A stretch of 36,193 nt of DNA from contig NC_068983.1 in assembly GCF_001194135.2 (NCBI RefSeq), positions 137,556,822 to 137,593,014 on the forward strand, read 5' to 3'. Of the stretch, positions 10,697 to 21,850 are shown piece after piece. This DNA is from Octopus bimaculoides (Eukaryota). The translations under genes were made by a program, and so were the position numbers. The first letter of the stretch is position 1. Each line of letters begins with the position of its first letter. The notes under the pieces are model-generated. The model ran no database searches. It was not told where the DNA came from and worked only from the letters and a program-made list of their open reading frames with translations.

Positions 10697-11878
10697 TATG
10701 TCAGACAACAGGAGGCACAGATCAATTGGTGGAGGCAGAGGACCAGAAAATGAAGATCTAGAGATTGAACTCTTACAGTGGATTGTTGTTTAGCGTGCAA
10801 ACAATGTAATTGTAAATTATCGCCATTTACGGGAATATGCTTTTGAATTGGTAAAAAGGTTTGGAATTGGAATGAACAGCTTTAGATGTTCTGATAAATG
10901 GATTTTCAATTTCATGAAACAGAATAATCTGACTGTGAGAAAGATTACACATGTTGGTCAAGCAGACAATAAAAACACTTGGAGAAAAGGCACAAATCAC
11001 CAGTGACTATCTAGATAGTATTCCAATGTTAACAACAGATAAGGATGCTAACCATATTTATAATATGGATGAAACACCTGTATATGTTGACATGTTGAGT
11101 TCAACAACCATAGACTTTGTTGGCAATAAAAATGTAGATGCTAGCCCCTGTGGTGCTACCAAAGCTCGTTTTACTACTGTGTTGTTTGTTAATGCTGCAG
11201 GAAAGGTGTTGAAAACGATGATTACCCTTAAAGGATTGAAAAACGTGCCTAAAATCAACGTCGTAAAGAATATTTACTTAACAGTCTCCAACAGAGGATC
11301 AATCACATATGAACTCATGCAGCTGTGGGCTGACAAAGTGTTTGGGCAGAGAACAGCACAACTATCCCATGCTCAAAATTCAGTGCTATTCATGGACGAA
11401 TGCTCAGTGCATGAGAAAACAGAGCTGCTAGAAGTGTTCAAACGTAGGAATACAATTCTCAAACTTATACCTCCTAAAACAACATCTTACTTGCAGCCGT
11501 TAGATGTATCAATTATTGGTCCATTCAAGAAAGCCCTTCGTGCAGAATGGGATAATTAGTTTTTCAAATGACAAAAAGGAGTATACAAATAAAGAATATT
11601 GCAAAAGACCCTAACAAGAGATAGTGAACTTTGTGGCTCAAGCTGTTGCCACTTTAAATAAAGAAACTATAAAGCATGCTTTTGAATGTTGTGGAATTGC
11701 TCCTCGTGGACAGACTGTAGAACATAGCCTCTTAAACTCATGCTTACAGGATGTTTTGTCTGGCCTTGAGGTAAATGCGCCAGATGCACAAAATGATAAA
11801 ATTGAAGATGAGATACAAGTGAAATTAGCACATGTGAATTATGACCAAGTAACAAATGAAGAAATTTGTGATATTTAA
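10697..11878 (+). mobile_element. pogo/Tigger-like DDE transposase pseudogene (CENP-B-type HTH + DDE_1)
   Basis: LEIELLQWI..FRCSDKWIFNFMKQNNLTVRKIT (HTH), a frameshift, then IYNMDETPVY..RFTTVL..VLFMDECSVH..IPPKTTSYLQPLDVSIIGPFKKALR..AFECCGI. Internal stops are present. TIRs not confidently located. Confidence 0.9.
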
Positions 11879-12399
11879 CTTGAACCCATTCAATTATTAT
11901 CCTACTATAAATGTCCAATGACATTATTTGTTCATACAAGGCCTCTATTCATGTTTCCAACAGTTTAATTTTCAATATTTTTTCTAATAGACCCATAGTT
12001 AACTTCAGAATATTTTTTAATATGTTACTTCTTTTAAAGTTGTTTCAGTTTCTTTATGCCTATCTATCTGGTAACTGAAACGATAGAAGTTCAATGGAAT
12101 TGTATGAAATAAATATGGTTTTTGAGAATATCTTTGTTTTTCCTAGGTGAAATATTTTACTTCCATATTACCGCCCATGAGTGCTTATTATAGGTGGGCG
12201 GTTATTTAAACCGAAAAATAGTTTTATAAAATAGAATTATCCTTTTCACAGTCCTAGGCGGATTTTCAGAAAACCCCATAATAGTTTTCAAGGGAAGATA
12301 ATCCATTACACTCCGTTTATAAAGACCGATAAATATTTCTTCATTGCCAATTGGGTGTGTGGGGGGACCAAAAATATAGAGGAAACAAACAACTTCAGA

Positions 12400-12572
12400 T
12401 AAAGGGATTAAGTCGATTACATCGACTCCAGTGCACGACTGGTACTTATTTAATCGACCCCGAGAGGATGAAAGGCAAAGTCGACCTCAGTGGAAATTGA
12501 ACTCAGAACGTAAACGAAATACCACGAAGCATTTCACCCAGCATGCTAACGATTCTGCTGGCTCGCCGCCTT
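12400..12572 (-). mobile_element. tRNA-derived SINE
   Basis: The minus strand starts aggcggcgagccagcagaatcgttagc (A-box-like), then gagttcaatttcc (B-box-like), then gtcgactttgcctttcatcctctcggggtcgat. Absent at the homologous site upstream of copies 1 and 4. Possible aatatt duplication at 12332 and 12574. Confidence 0.8.
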
Positions 12573-12710
12573 CAATATTGTGAAAAGTGAAGACCATACA
12601 CTAATATTTCAGATGGAATCTTGATATAAATACTAGTTTTCTGTAGACATAATCAGGAAAGAATTATTGGTATAATTTGTGGTTTGTAACATTCTGTTTA
12701 AAAGATATTG

Positions 12711-12996
12711 GGCAAGAATTCGGCCCCGATCACTTTTAAGAACTTCTTTTTTTCTAAATATGTGGAAAAATACGGACATTATGATTTGGACAAAAATTTT
12801 AAAACATTTCTGTAGTTATGGTTAGGGGGTTAGGGCCAGTTTTTTGGGGAANNNNNNNNNNNNNNNNNNNNNNNNNNNNNNNNNNNNNNNNNNNNNNNNN
12901 NNNNNNNNNNNNNNNNNNNNNNNNNNNNNNNNNNNNNNNNNNNNNTTTTTAAATAAACAAATTTGAGAGAAAATGGGTTGGGGTCGGAGTCTTTCC
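12711..12996. mobile_element. MITE with ~17-bp imperfect TIRs and an 8-bp TSD (Merlin- or hAT-like)
   Basis: TIRs ggcaagaattcggcccc and ggggtcggagtctttcc (13/17 match to the reverse complement). Flanks agatattg and aggtattg. Absent at the homologous site in copies 1 and 4. Contains a 94-N gap. Confidence 0.6.
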
Positions 12997-13086
12997 AGGT
13001 ATTGTACTAATTTTTTTTGGATATCTAGAAAATGTGTGTGAGTGTTCTCAAATAATAGGACATTTTTTCTCTAGTGTAATGAAGTT

Positions 13087-16000
13087 ATGCGTACCAAACG
13101 ATCATCACTGGGCCGTCTCACCATACATGGAAAGAAGACAAGAGAAAGACGGAAAAGGGAAACCACAGAAGAAAGGCAATTAAGATTACGAAATCATAGG
13201 GAAAGACAATCTGCTGCTCGACAGGCAGAAACAGCAGAAGAAAGGCAGGCAAGATTAGAAACTCAGAAACAGAGGGCAAGAACTCGTCGTGCAGCTCTCA
13301 AGGTAGGTGTCAGGTATACATTCTTAAGCGTCACACACCTATAGGAGAAATATAACAAAGATCAGCTTACAGAATTTATTTGCAAGGTCATTGATATTGA
13401 AATTTATTTCAGAGAGCAAGGATGTATGTAGAATAAATGTATTAAGAAGGTTCATGATATGAAGTTTCTTATGATGTCAACTTTTAGTATTGCAGCCTCT
13501 CCACAAATTTCATTAAAAATGAGCTCAATAAAATCATGAATTAAGGCTCAGTCATACTTTGCAACCTTCCTTGAATCTCCATGTCAGGTTTAGGAGCTGT
13601 GCAATTGATAAACATTAGTTGGCAAGCCAAGTACCTTACCATGCTCCATACTTCATTACCTGGTATTATCAGCAACACAGAAATACGCACCTGTAATAAA
13701 TTGAGTAGAACTTCAGAATCAATGTATGTGATAAAAATACTACTTTAAAGAAGCTACTGTTAAATCAATTGTAAATTCAATCAGGAATTACAACGTTGAA
13801 AAATTTTCTGCAGAAAATCTACCAGAGAACGTCTGTGTGAATTGTGGCAGCAGTCACTATATATTTGATGTTGAAGACAAATTACAACAGTTTACCACCA
13901 TGTCAGATTTCAGAATAGAATAAGTATAACATGCAGCTGCATTCTCATTTCAGTTTTGGAATTCTGTAGAGATTCTCTGTTCAGGTTGATTTTGAATGCT
14001 TTTGGGGATTTACCATATACTCATGTGGCTGACAGATTCCATTTTTTCTTAGTGGATTCAATGTGGGAATTCAAATATTTGTTAGTCTTACAAACAAGAA
14101 TTTTTAGTTATCATTGACATTTGCATTAGCCTAAATTATTCATTCATCACAGTCCAAATTATTTCCATTGAACTGAAATCTTTATTCTTTTATCTTTTTA
14201 TTTCTTTCTTTGATTATGCCCCACTTCCTCAANNNNNNNNNNNNNNNNNNNNNNNNNNNNNNNNNNNNNNNNNNNNNNNNNNNNNNNNNNNNNNNNNNNN
14301 NNNNNNNNNNNNNNNNNNNNNNNNNNNNNNNNNNNNNNNNNNNNNNNNNNNNNNNNNNNNNNNNNNNNNNNNNNNNNNNNNNNNNNNNNNNNNNNNNNNN
14401 NNNNNNNNNNNNNNNNNNNNNNNNNNNNNNNNNNNNNNNNNNNNNNNNNNNNNNNNNNNNNNNNNNNNNNNNNNNNNNNNNNNNNNNNNNNNNNNNNNNN
14501 NNNNNNNNNNNNNNNNNNNNNNNNNNNNNNNNNNNNNNNNNNNNNNNNNNNNNNNNNNNNNNNNNNNNNNNNNNNNNNNNNNNNNNNNNNNNNNNNNNNN
14601 NNNNNNNNNNNNNNNNNNNNNNNNNNNNNNNNNNNNNNNNNNNNNNNNNNNNNNNNNNNNNNNNNNNNNNNNNNNNNNNNNNNNNNNNNNNNNNNNNNNN
14701 NNNNNNNNNNNNNNNNNNNNNNNNNNNNNNNNNNNNNNNNNNNNNATTATGTGATGCCAGTATTAGCAATGGCTCATCTACTGTGATGGTAAGTATACAG
14801 TTGTAAACGTTTTCACATCTATAGACTGTTCCTAATGTCATCATCATAACTAAAAAATCTTGCTTGTAAGTCTAAAAATTTATGCATAATTTCTAATGTG
14901 CTTAATATCAAGATATTCTTTCTTCTACTTCCCTCTATATTTCTCAAAGGTAGGTGTAGCCTTTAGTTTTAAGTATTATTATTATCAGAAAATTCTACGA
15001 TTCCGTCATTGAAAATAACTTTTTCTGAAACATTTGCTTATTAATATAGAAGAGAATATTTTACAGAAAAAGAAAATGGAGTTGATTTAATTAGGGTATT
15101 AATGAAATAACTCTTTGAGATAAGTGAAGTTTAAATCAACTTTCAGTGGCTTAAGACTTTTGGGAGTGAATAGGTTTTGTAGAAGATGGAGAAAGATAAA
15201 CTTACATTTTTCTACTTTATAAACATATTTCTTAAATGTCTATCATTGTATTGTTGGCAAGCTATAAATATACTGTTATTATTTACTATATTTCAGGTCC
15301 ATAAAATAGTCTTGTCTGCTGCATCTCCAAAATTGTTATCACTAATTAGTACACACATCTCTTCTCAGTTTTATGAAGTAAAATTTCCTGAAGTAAGCAC
15401 AGAAGCTTTAATGGCTTTTGTTGAATACATGTATACTGGACTATTAGATCTTGATCTTAATATTTTACAACAGCTAAAAGTCATTGCAAAACAATTAGAC
15501 ATGAAAGACTTACAAAATATATGTGATGTTCATCTTTTACGTGGAGCACGTCAGCAACTTGCTTCAACAGTGACTGTGTTTGATGATCCCAGGCAGATGC
15601 CATCTGATGTTTCAGCTGTTCCGACAGAGGATATTAAACAGGAGATTTCTCAAAATGAATCAGCAGAACTTAAAGAAGATGTGGTTAGCATCTTTGAGCA
15701 AGAGGTTGAGGCTGCATCTTCGGACACTAAGGATAGCAGCTCTTCAGTTAGTTCTCTTATTCTTCCTACTGTAAAAATAGAGCCTGTAGGACCTGATGAC
15801 GACAAATATGGTCAAATGAATAAAAGGGCTTCAACATCTTGTTCAGTTTCAGATAGTTCTCAGGCACTAAACACTCCTTTGAATTCTATAGCTGTGTCCA
15901 CTACAGATTTTAGCTTACCGTTTTCAGATACCACAAACAGCAAAGCAACAGCAAATAAGATACGTGGAACATCACCTAAATTAAAATCTAACGTATTTGA

Positions 16001-16268
16001 AAGTTCTCCAGTTTCTGACTCATCTCCTGTGTCATATCGTGAAGAAAAACTGTGTTCTCAATCTAGACTCATAAGAGAAGACCCTTCTAAACCACAAAAT
16101 CGAACTATAACAACTCAATCAATTGACAACAATGTGACTTATGGTAACACTGAAGGTGTCTATCCTGTAGGACTTTTTACAGCAGCAGGGGACAGATTAC
16201 CATTATCATCAACACAAGTTACCAATGTCAAAAATATAGGTTTATATAAAACAGATGGTCTTACTTGA
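13087..16268 (+). CDS. STPR-like repeat + BTB/POZ protein, copy 2; exon A 13087..13302, exon B and most of exon C in gap 14233-14746, exon C end 14747..14788, exon D 15297..16268
   Basis: Same splice signals as copy 1. All visible exons are open. The 514-N gap matches the 515 nt separating the homologous flanks in copy 1, so the missing exons probably lie in the gap. Confidence 0.75.
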
Positions 16269-16624
16269 TATCAGAAATAGTTAATTTTCAGTTTACACAC
16301 ACACTGATAAATTGAGCTTTAATTTTGTAATAAATAATTTTTGAAATACTAGCCTTGTTTTATTTTCTAATGAAAAATACAGTAGAGTTTTCTGTCTTGT
16401 GAGAAATTGTTGATAAATGTTTATTTCAATACTGTCTTCATAAACCTGTTTTCTGTTCACTACTGCTGCTAGATGTACCCTGTTGCTGTCCATGGCTGAT
16501 ACCAGTGTCACATAACCAGCCCATTTAAAAGTACCCTTGAATTGTCGGGCGATACGCTGTGCTTGAGAAGACCTAGTGAATGAAGTAAAATGAAAATGAA
16601 AATCAAAATAGAAATTGTAGTTGT

Positions 16625-17017
16625 GGCTGATGCCAGTGCTGCCTGACTGGCACCTGTGCTGGTGGTACATAATAAGCACCATTCAAGTGTGAGTCAATGC
16701 CAATTCCACATGCTCCTTGTGCCGGTGGCTCATAAAAACACCATCCGAATGTGGTTGATGCCAGTGCTTCCCGATTGGCTCCTGTGCCGGTGACACATAA
16801 AAAGTACCATTTGAACATGGTCGATGCTAGTGTTGCCTGACTGGTTACTGTGCTGGTGGCACATTAAAAGCAACTTACAATCTTGGACTGGTTAGTGTTA
16901 GGAAGGGCATTCAGATCAGATTGGAGCCTGGTGCAGCTTACTGGCTTGCCAGTCCTCAGTCAAACTGTCCAACCCATGCCAGCATAGAAAATGGATATTA
17001 ATCAATGATGATGATGA
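16625..17017 (+). mobile_element. RTE-LINE 3' UTR fragment with about four ~63-bp units and a (TGA)n tail
   Basis: Same unit and terminus as 19420-19905. Confidence 0.75.
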
Positions 17018-17519
17018 CTTAGTATCCATACAAAAATTTCTTTAAAATCCTCTATTACCAAGGGATTAAGAAATTGCATAGAGCAATATGCATATTACAA
17101 TCCACTTTTGGTTGCTATTTCGAATTATAAATTATGGGTGCATTAACTGTAACACAGGATTGAATCTCATCTCATTGATCTCTCTCTCTGTCTCTCTTTG
17201 TCCATGAAGATGATGTAGAGACATGTTATTTACATCTGTCTATAGCAGTGTTAGTTAAAAATCTATAGATATGCTTTGTAGTTCAGAATAGCAATTAATG
17301 TTTTGTGTGATATATACCTGTGTTACTAAATGTTCGCCCTTAGGTTAAATCAGTATGTGTGTCTTAAGTTATTGACGATTCTTAGAAATTTGAAATTTTG
17401 TGTAGGAGTTTGCCTTTTGGCTCTGGTTCAACAGACCTATTGATCAAAAGCATTCCATTCCTTCCTAATATCTTCTTTTTTAGGCATAATATACATCCTG
17501 GATACTTCGGTAAATGGGA

Positions 17520-17700
17520 GGATCACTGATTCCATAGCCAAATGGAACAAAATCCTTAAGTATCAGCAGTGTGTAGTGTTTGAGGCATTTTGAGGTACTG
17601 GCCCACTAATGGCGAAGTTCTTGTGATCATTGGCAGCTTGCCTCACTGAGGTGTGAGGTAATGCATGTTGAACCCTATAGTGTGTAACCAATTGATGCAT
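17520..17700 (+). mobile_element. Short 3' relic of a CRE-like element (paralogue at ~30550-30790)
   Basis: aatggaacaaaa(g)t(at)cct.aagtat...gtgtttgaggc matches 8558-8625. The 30550 copy encodes LFQHLSLIITHGNAVSV. Confidence 0.6.
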
Positions 17701-17779
17701 TTGGTGCTGCATTGTTTTTTTGTCTTTTTCCCTCTTTGTTTTTTGTCTTCCTTTTGTAAAATATATTTCTGTGTTGCCT

Positions 17780-18012
17780 GACTGGCTCCCGTGCTGGTAG
17801 CATGTAAAAAGCACCATTTGAGCGTTGTTGATGCCAGTACTGCACGATTGGTCCTACTACACTCTCGGAGTGGTTGGCGTTAGGAAGGGCATCCAGCTGT
17901 AGAAATCTTGCCAGATCAGACTGGAGCCTGGTGCAGCCTTCTGGCTTACCAGTCCCCAGTCAAACTGTCCAACCCATGCCAGCATGGAAAGCAAACGATA
18001 AACGATGATGAT
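17780..18012 (+). mobile_element. RTE-LINE 3' end fragment
   Basis: ctctcggagtggttggcgttaggaagggcatccagctgtagaaa...ccaacccatgccagcatggaaag...gatgatgat. Confidence 0.75.
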
Positions 18013-18479
18013 AATTTTGATTAAACCAAAACAGGAATGGTTGCGTTTAGTCCAAACACTTATTTTCAAATATACTTAGAACTACATTATACAGAGTTAT
18101 ATTCCTTTTAACATGGTAGCATTTCTAATAGGTCGAATAACCATGAAGAGGTTTTTCATTGATTAGCGCATGATTTTACTTTCAGTTAATATTACTTTTG
18201 TTAAAGTAGCCAGCATCTTCCAATAAGATGCAAACATCTTTATATTTAAAAGAAGAAAATATTCCATAATGAAACTAAATCGATGCCATGTGAGCTGTAC
18301 AATGCCATGTGTTTAATGTAAGTATAGAAGAGCAGCTGGAATCGAATTATTGGAAACACTGGATTGAAAGCAATGTTCACCGGAAAGATCACTATTTATT
18401 TGTGTGGGATACCATGTGACAACCCACGTGCTCAACGATTTCCAACGAAACCATCAAAATATCGAACGCATGTGCTTTG

Positions 18480-18875
18480 ATGCGCGCACATGAGGAGACA
18501 ATAAACTCAAAACTTATATCTGAAATGTTGACAGATGTGTCAAAAATATTCGGAGATGTTTTCGTTCAGACCGCTTTTGACTCATTTGATTCATTCTTGG
18601 AGCTATTGCACCAGTTCATGAATAGAACTGGATACATATACCGTATTAAATCATCGTGTAATGCTAATGACCACAACAAGTACTGAGACAAGACTCGATC
18701 TAAGACTCTCCGATACATCTCCATGACATTTGTGTGTACTCAATATGGAGAACTAAAAGATAATTCAAATACAAAACAACTTAAGATGCACTGCAAGCCA
18801 GTCAGATGTAAGTCATTCCTCTCACTATCCAGTGCTAAAGGATAACTGAATCCAACTTAGAACACAATCACAAAC
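18480..18875 (+). pseudogene. Decayed FAR1/ZSWIM3-N-like (WRKY-GCM1 fold) DNA-binding domain, probably a MULE transposase relic
   Basis: FDSFDSFLELLHQFMNRTGYIYRIKSS..*..LRYISMTFVCTQYG..PVRCKSFLSL, then in a shifted frame ITESNLEHNH. The C..C..HNH signature carries one stop and one frameshift. Confidence 0.6.
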
Positions 18876-18959
18876 TGTTGGTGGGATTTTCATGTTCCAA
18901 AATTCTATGATGTAAATTGTTGAAAGAAGAAATTGAAGACGTGAGTATATGTCAGTTTT

Positions 18960-19905
18960 GTTGTGATTGAAGTAGAGGACATGTGTAGGCTTGAAAGAAA
19001 TGAAGCTCGTATGATCTGCTGGATGGGTAATGTAGGTGTAAACGCTCTGAAAGAAAAGTTGGGCATAAGAAGCATCAGATGTGGTGTGCAAGAGAGGCGA
19101 CTGTGCTGTTATGGCCATGTGTTATGTATGAATGAAGACAGCTGTGTGAGGAAGTGCCATTCCCTAACTGTAGAAGGAACTTATGGAAGAGATAGAGCCA
19201 AGAAAACATAGGATGAGGTGGTGAAGCATGACCTTTGAACATTGGGCCTCACAGTGGTGATGACAGGAGACTGGGACCTTTGGAAATATGCTGTGATTGA
19301 GAAGACCCAGCAACTAAAGTGAGATTGAAGCCATGCATGTCCGGCCCTGTTAAGAATACCCCTGATGCATCAAGCGATATGATAGGCTTGAGAAGACCTG
19401 CTGAGTCAAGTAAAGCCAATATCATAGCTGGGACCAGTGCTCTCTGACTGGCTCCCATGTCAGTGGCACGTAAATAGCACCATCCGAACTTGGTCGATGT
19501 CAAGTCTGTCTGACTGGCTCCCATGCCGGTGGCATGTAGAAAGCACCAACTGAACATGGCCAATGCCAGTACCCCCAGACTGGCTCCTGTACTGGTGGCA
19601 GGTAAAAAGCATTGACTGATCGTGGCCAATGCCAGTAGCCCTGATTGGGTCTTATGCCGGTAGCATGTAAAAACACCATCCAAATGTAATTGATGCCAGG
19701 CCCGCGTGACTGGCTTCTGTGCTGGTGGTACATAAAAAGTACCCACTACACTCTTAGAGTGGTTGGTGTTAGGAAGGGCATCCAGCTGTAGAAACATTGC
19801 CAGACCAGATTGGAGTCTAGTGCAGCCACTGGCTCTGCAGACCTCAATCAAATCGTCCAACCCATGCCAGCATAGAAAATGGATGTTAAATGATGATGAT
19901 GATAT
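18960..19905 (+). mobile_element. 5'-truncated RTE-clade LINE: ORF C-terminus, 3' UTR with about five ~65-bp tandem units, (TGA)n tail
   Basis: RLERNEARMICWM..LGIRSIRCGVQERRLCCYGHVLCMNEDSCVRKC..VEGTYGRDRAKKT*DEVVKHDL resembles the RTE RLRWYGHV..GRPRKTW tail. Units at ~19434, 19501, 19567, 19633 and 19696. Confidence 0.85.
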
Positions 19906-20827
19906 TTTTTATTTGATATAAGTTTAAATAAAAATGTGTGTATCAATATAAATTTATATTAAATTGTTTATTCTAATATAAAAAAAAAGATTGTCATTTA
20001 ATGCCTGTTTTCCATGCTTGAATGGGTCGGACAGCTTGACAAGAACTGCCAAGCCCGGCAGATGCACCAAGTGCCATAATCTGTTTTGGCTTGGTTTCTA
20101 TGGTTGGATGTCCTTCCTTACACTAACTCTTCTACACTTAGAATTTACAAGATTATAAGATATATTATGAAGGCTTAATGGTTCTAATATTAATGTGCTA
20201 GGTCTCTGACTACATAATTGTGGGTTGAAACTGAAGTACTACAGAGTGCCTGACATAAATAAAACATTTTTGCTCTTATGTTATGAATATTAGTAAGAAG
20301 AGCATTTATCAGTAAAAACAATTGCACTAATAAAAAAAAAATCTTGGCTATACAAAATGGCAATAACAAAGAAAACAAAATAAAAATTAAATTAAATAAT
20401 CAAGTCTTGTTTCTAGTTTTCTATTTACGAAATTGAATATTTCATTTTCTAAATTTTCCCATAAAAAAAAACAGAAAATTAATAAAAGAAATTCCACAAA
20501 CAATTTGGTCATTGTGTCGATGTACCTAGCATTATCTTCAATGATCTGTATGCTAGTTAGCCTCTCCATTGATTAACAATAAAAGGATGGATATACTTGG
20601 AAACCTTAATCTTAATCATTGATGTCTTTATATATATTTTTAACTCCTTAATTTATCAATCCCTTCCAAACATAGAAAATGATGTACTGCATTGTATCCT
20701 TGAGCAAGATACTTTATTTCCTGTTGCTTCAAAATGGTGAAAATAAGTATTGCCTGTATTTAAAAGGGCCAGTCTTGTTGCATTCTATGTCATGTTGAAT
20801 CTCCCTGAGAACTATGTTAAGGATACT

Positions 20828-21195
20828 CAGGTGTGGTGTGGTTCTGTGATAAGAAGCTTGCTTCTCAAGCACATAGTTCTGGGTTCAGTCCCACTGTGTG
20901 GAACCTTGGGCAAGTGTCTTCTACTATAACCTTGGGCTGACCAAAGCCTTGTGAGTGGATTTGATAGACCGAAACTGAAAGAAGCCTGCCATGTGTGTGT
21001 GTGTGTCTGTGTTTGTCCCCTCAACATCGCTGGACAACCTATGCTGGTGTGTTTATGTCCCTGTAACTTAGCAGTTTGGCAAAAGAGCCTGATAGAATAA
21101 GCACTAGGCTTACAAAGAATAAGTCCTGGGGTCAATTTCTTCGACTAACAAGTGGTGTTTCAGCATGGCGACAATCAAATGACTGCAACAAGTCA
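20828..21195 (+). mobile_element. tRNA-derived SINE with an internal (TG)n tract
   Basis: tRNA-like head (gtgtggtgtggttctgtgataagaagc..gggttcagtccc), then accttgggcaagtgtcttctactata..gaccaaagccttgtgagtggattt. The 3' part matches 1835-2040. Confidence 0.75.
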
Positions 21196-21454
21196 AAGAA
21201 TGTAGAGTGCTCAGCCACTTTCATGCTAATTTCATGTGCAGACTGTTCTGTTGGTCTGATCAACTAGAGCCCTCTTTGTAACCAATGGGGTACCAGTAAA
21301 GGTGTAATTCATGATGCTTTTAGCTTTGTTTAGCAGGTTTATCTTCATTAGTTTCAAATATTGTGAATATTTTCCTTTGAATTAAGTTAAAATTAATGCA
21401 GATAATTTAATTCAATCATGTCCTCCTCCATTTTACTTGCAAGATTACATGAGA

Positions 21455-21850
21455 AAATGGCATGAAGTGTTGTTACAAGACCCCTCCCAACTTTTTGTTT
21501 GCAATGTTCACATTGAGCATATTCAAAGGTATTTCAGTCCTAGTCTTTTTTGTAGACATACCATATCTAAGGGCAACATTATTCAAAGTGTCCTTCTCCT
21601 TTTATGACTTTTGGAATACTTTTGTCCATAAAACGATTTGACCAGGGATTATCTGAGACCAAAGAGCAACCTCAGGTTTTTATAGTGTCAAATAACAATA
21701 GGTATAGTGTTCTAACATCTAAAAATTTCTGTTAGTCACCACTTTTCCAAAGATTACATTATGAAATTACACCAAATTTTCATGGTTTCTTTTACTTGAA
21801 TAGAAATATTTACTTAAAATATAAAATCCATTAACTTTAAATCATATGAA
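21455..21850. repeat. Locally duplicated block X (copies at ~21455-21850, ~23085-23655, ~32515-33105)
   Basis: Shared catgaagt.ttgtta..cacattgagc..ttcaaagtgtccttctccttttatgacttttggaatacttttg..gtcaccacttttccaaagatt. Confidence 0.8.

Noticed and set aside
19420-19760. Regularly spaced ~63-65-bp repeats that superficially resemble a CRISPR array (also 3150-3340 and 16625-16870)
   Set aside because: Whole units are degenerate copies with no unique spacers. They lie in the 3' UTR of an RTE LINE in a eukaryotic genome, and no cas genes are present.
19249-19860. 203-aa minus-strand ORF and other ORFs over the ~63-bp repeats
   Set aside because: Antisense or alternative frames of the LINE 3' UTR repeats, with no domain signature.
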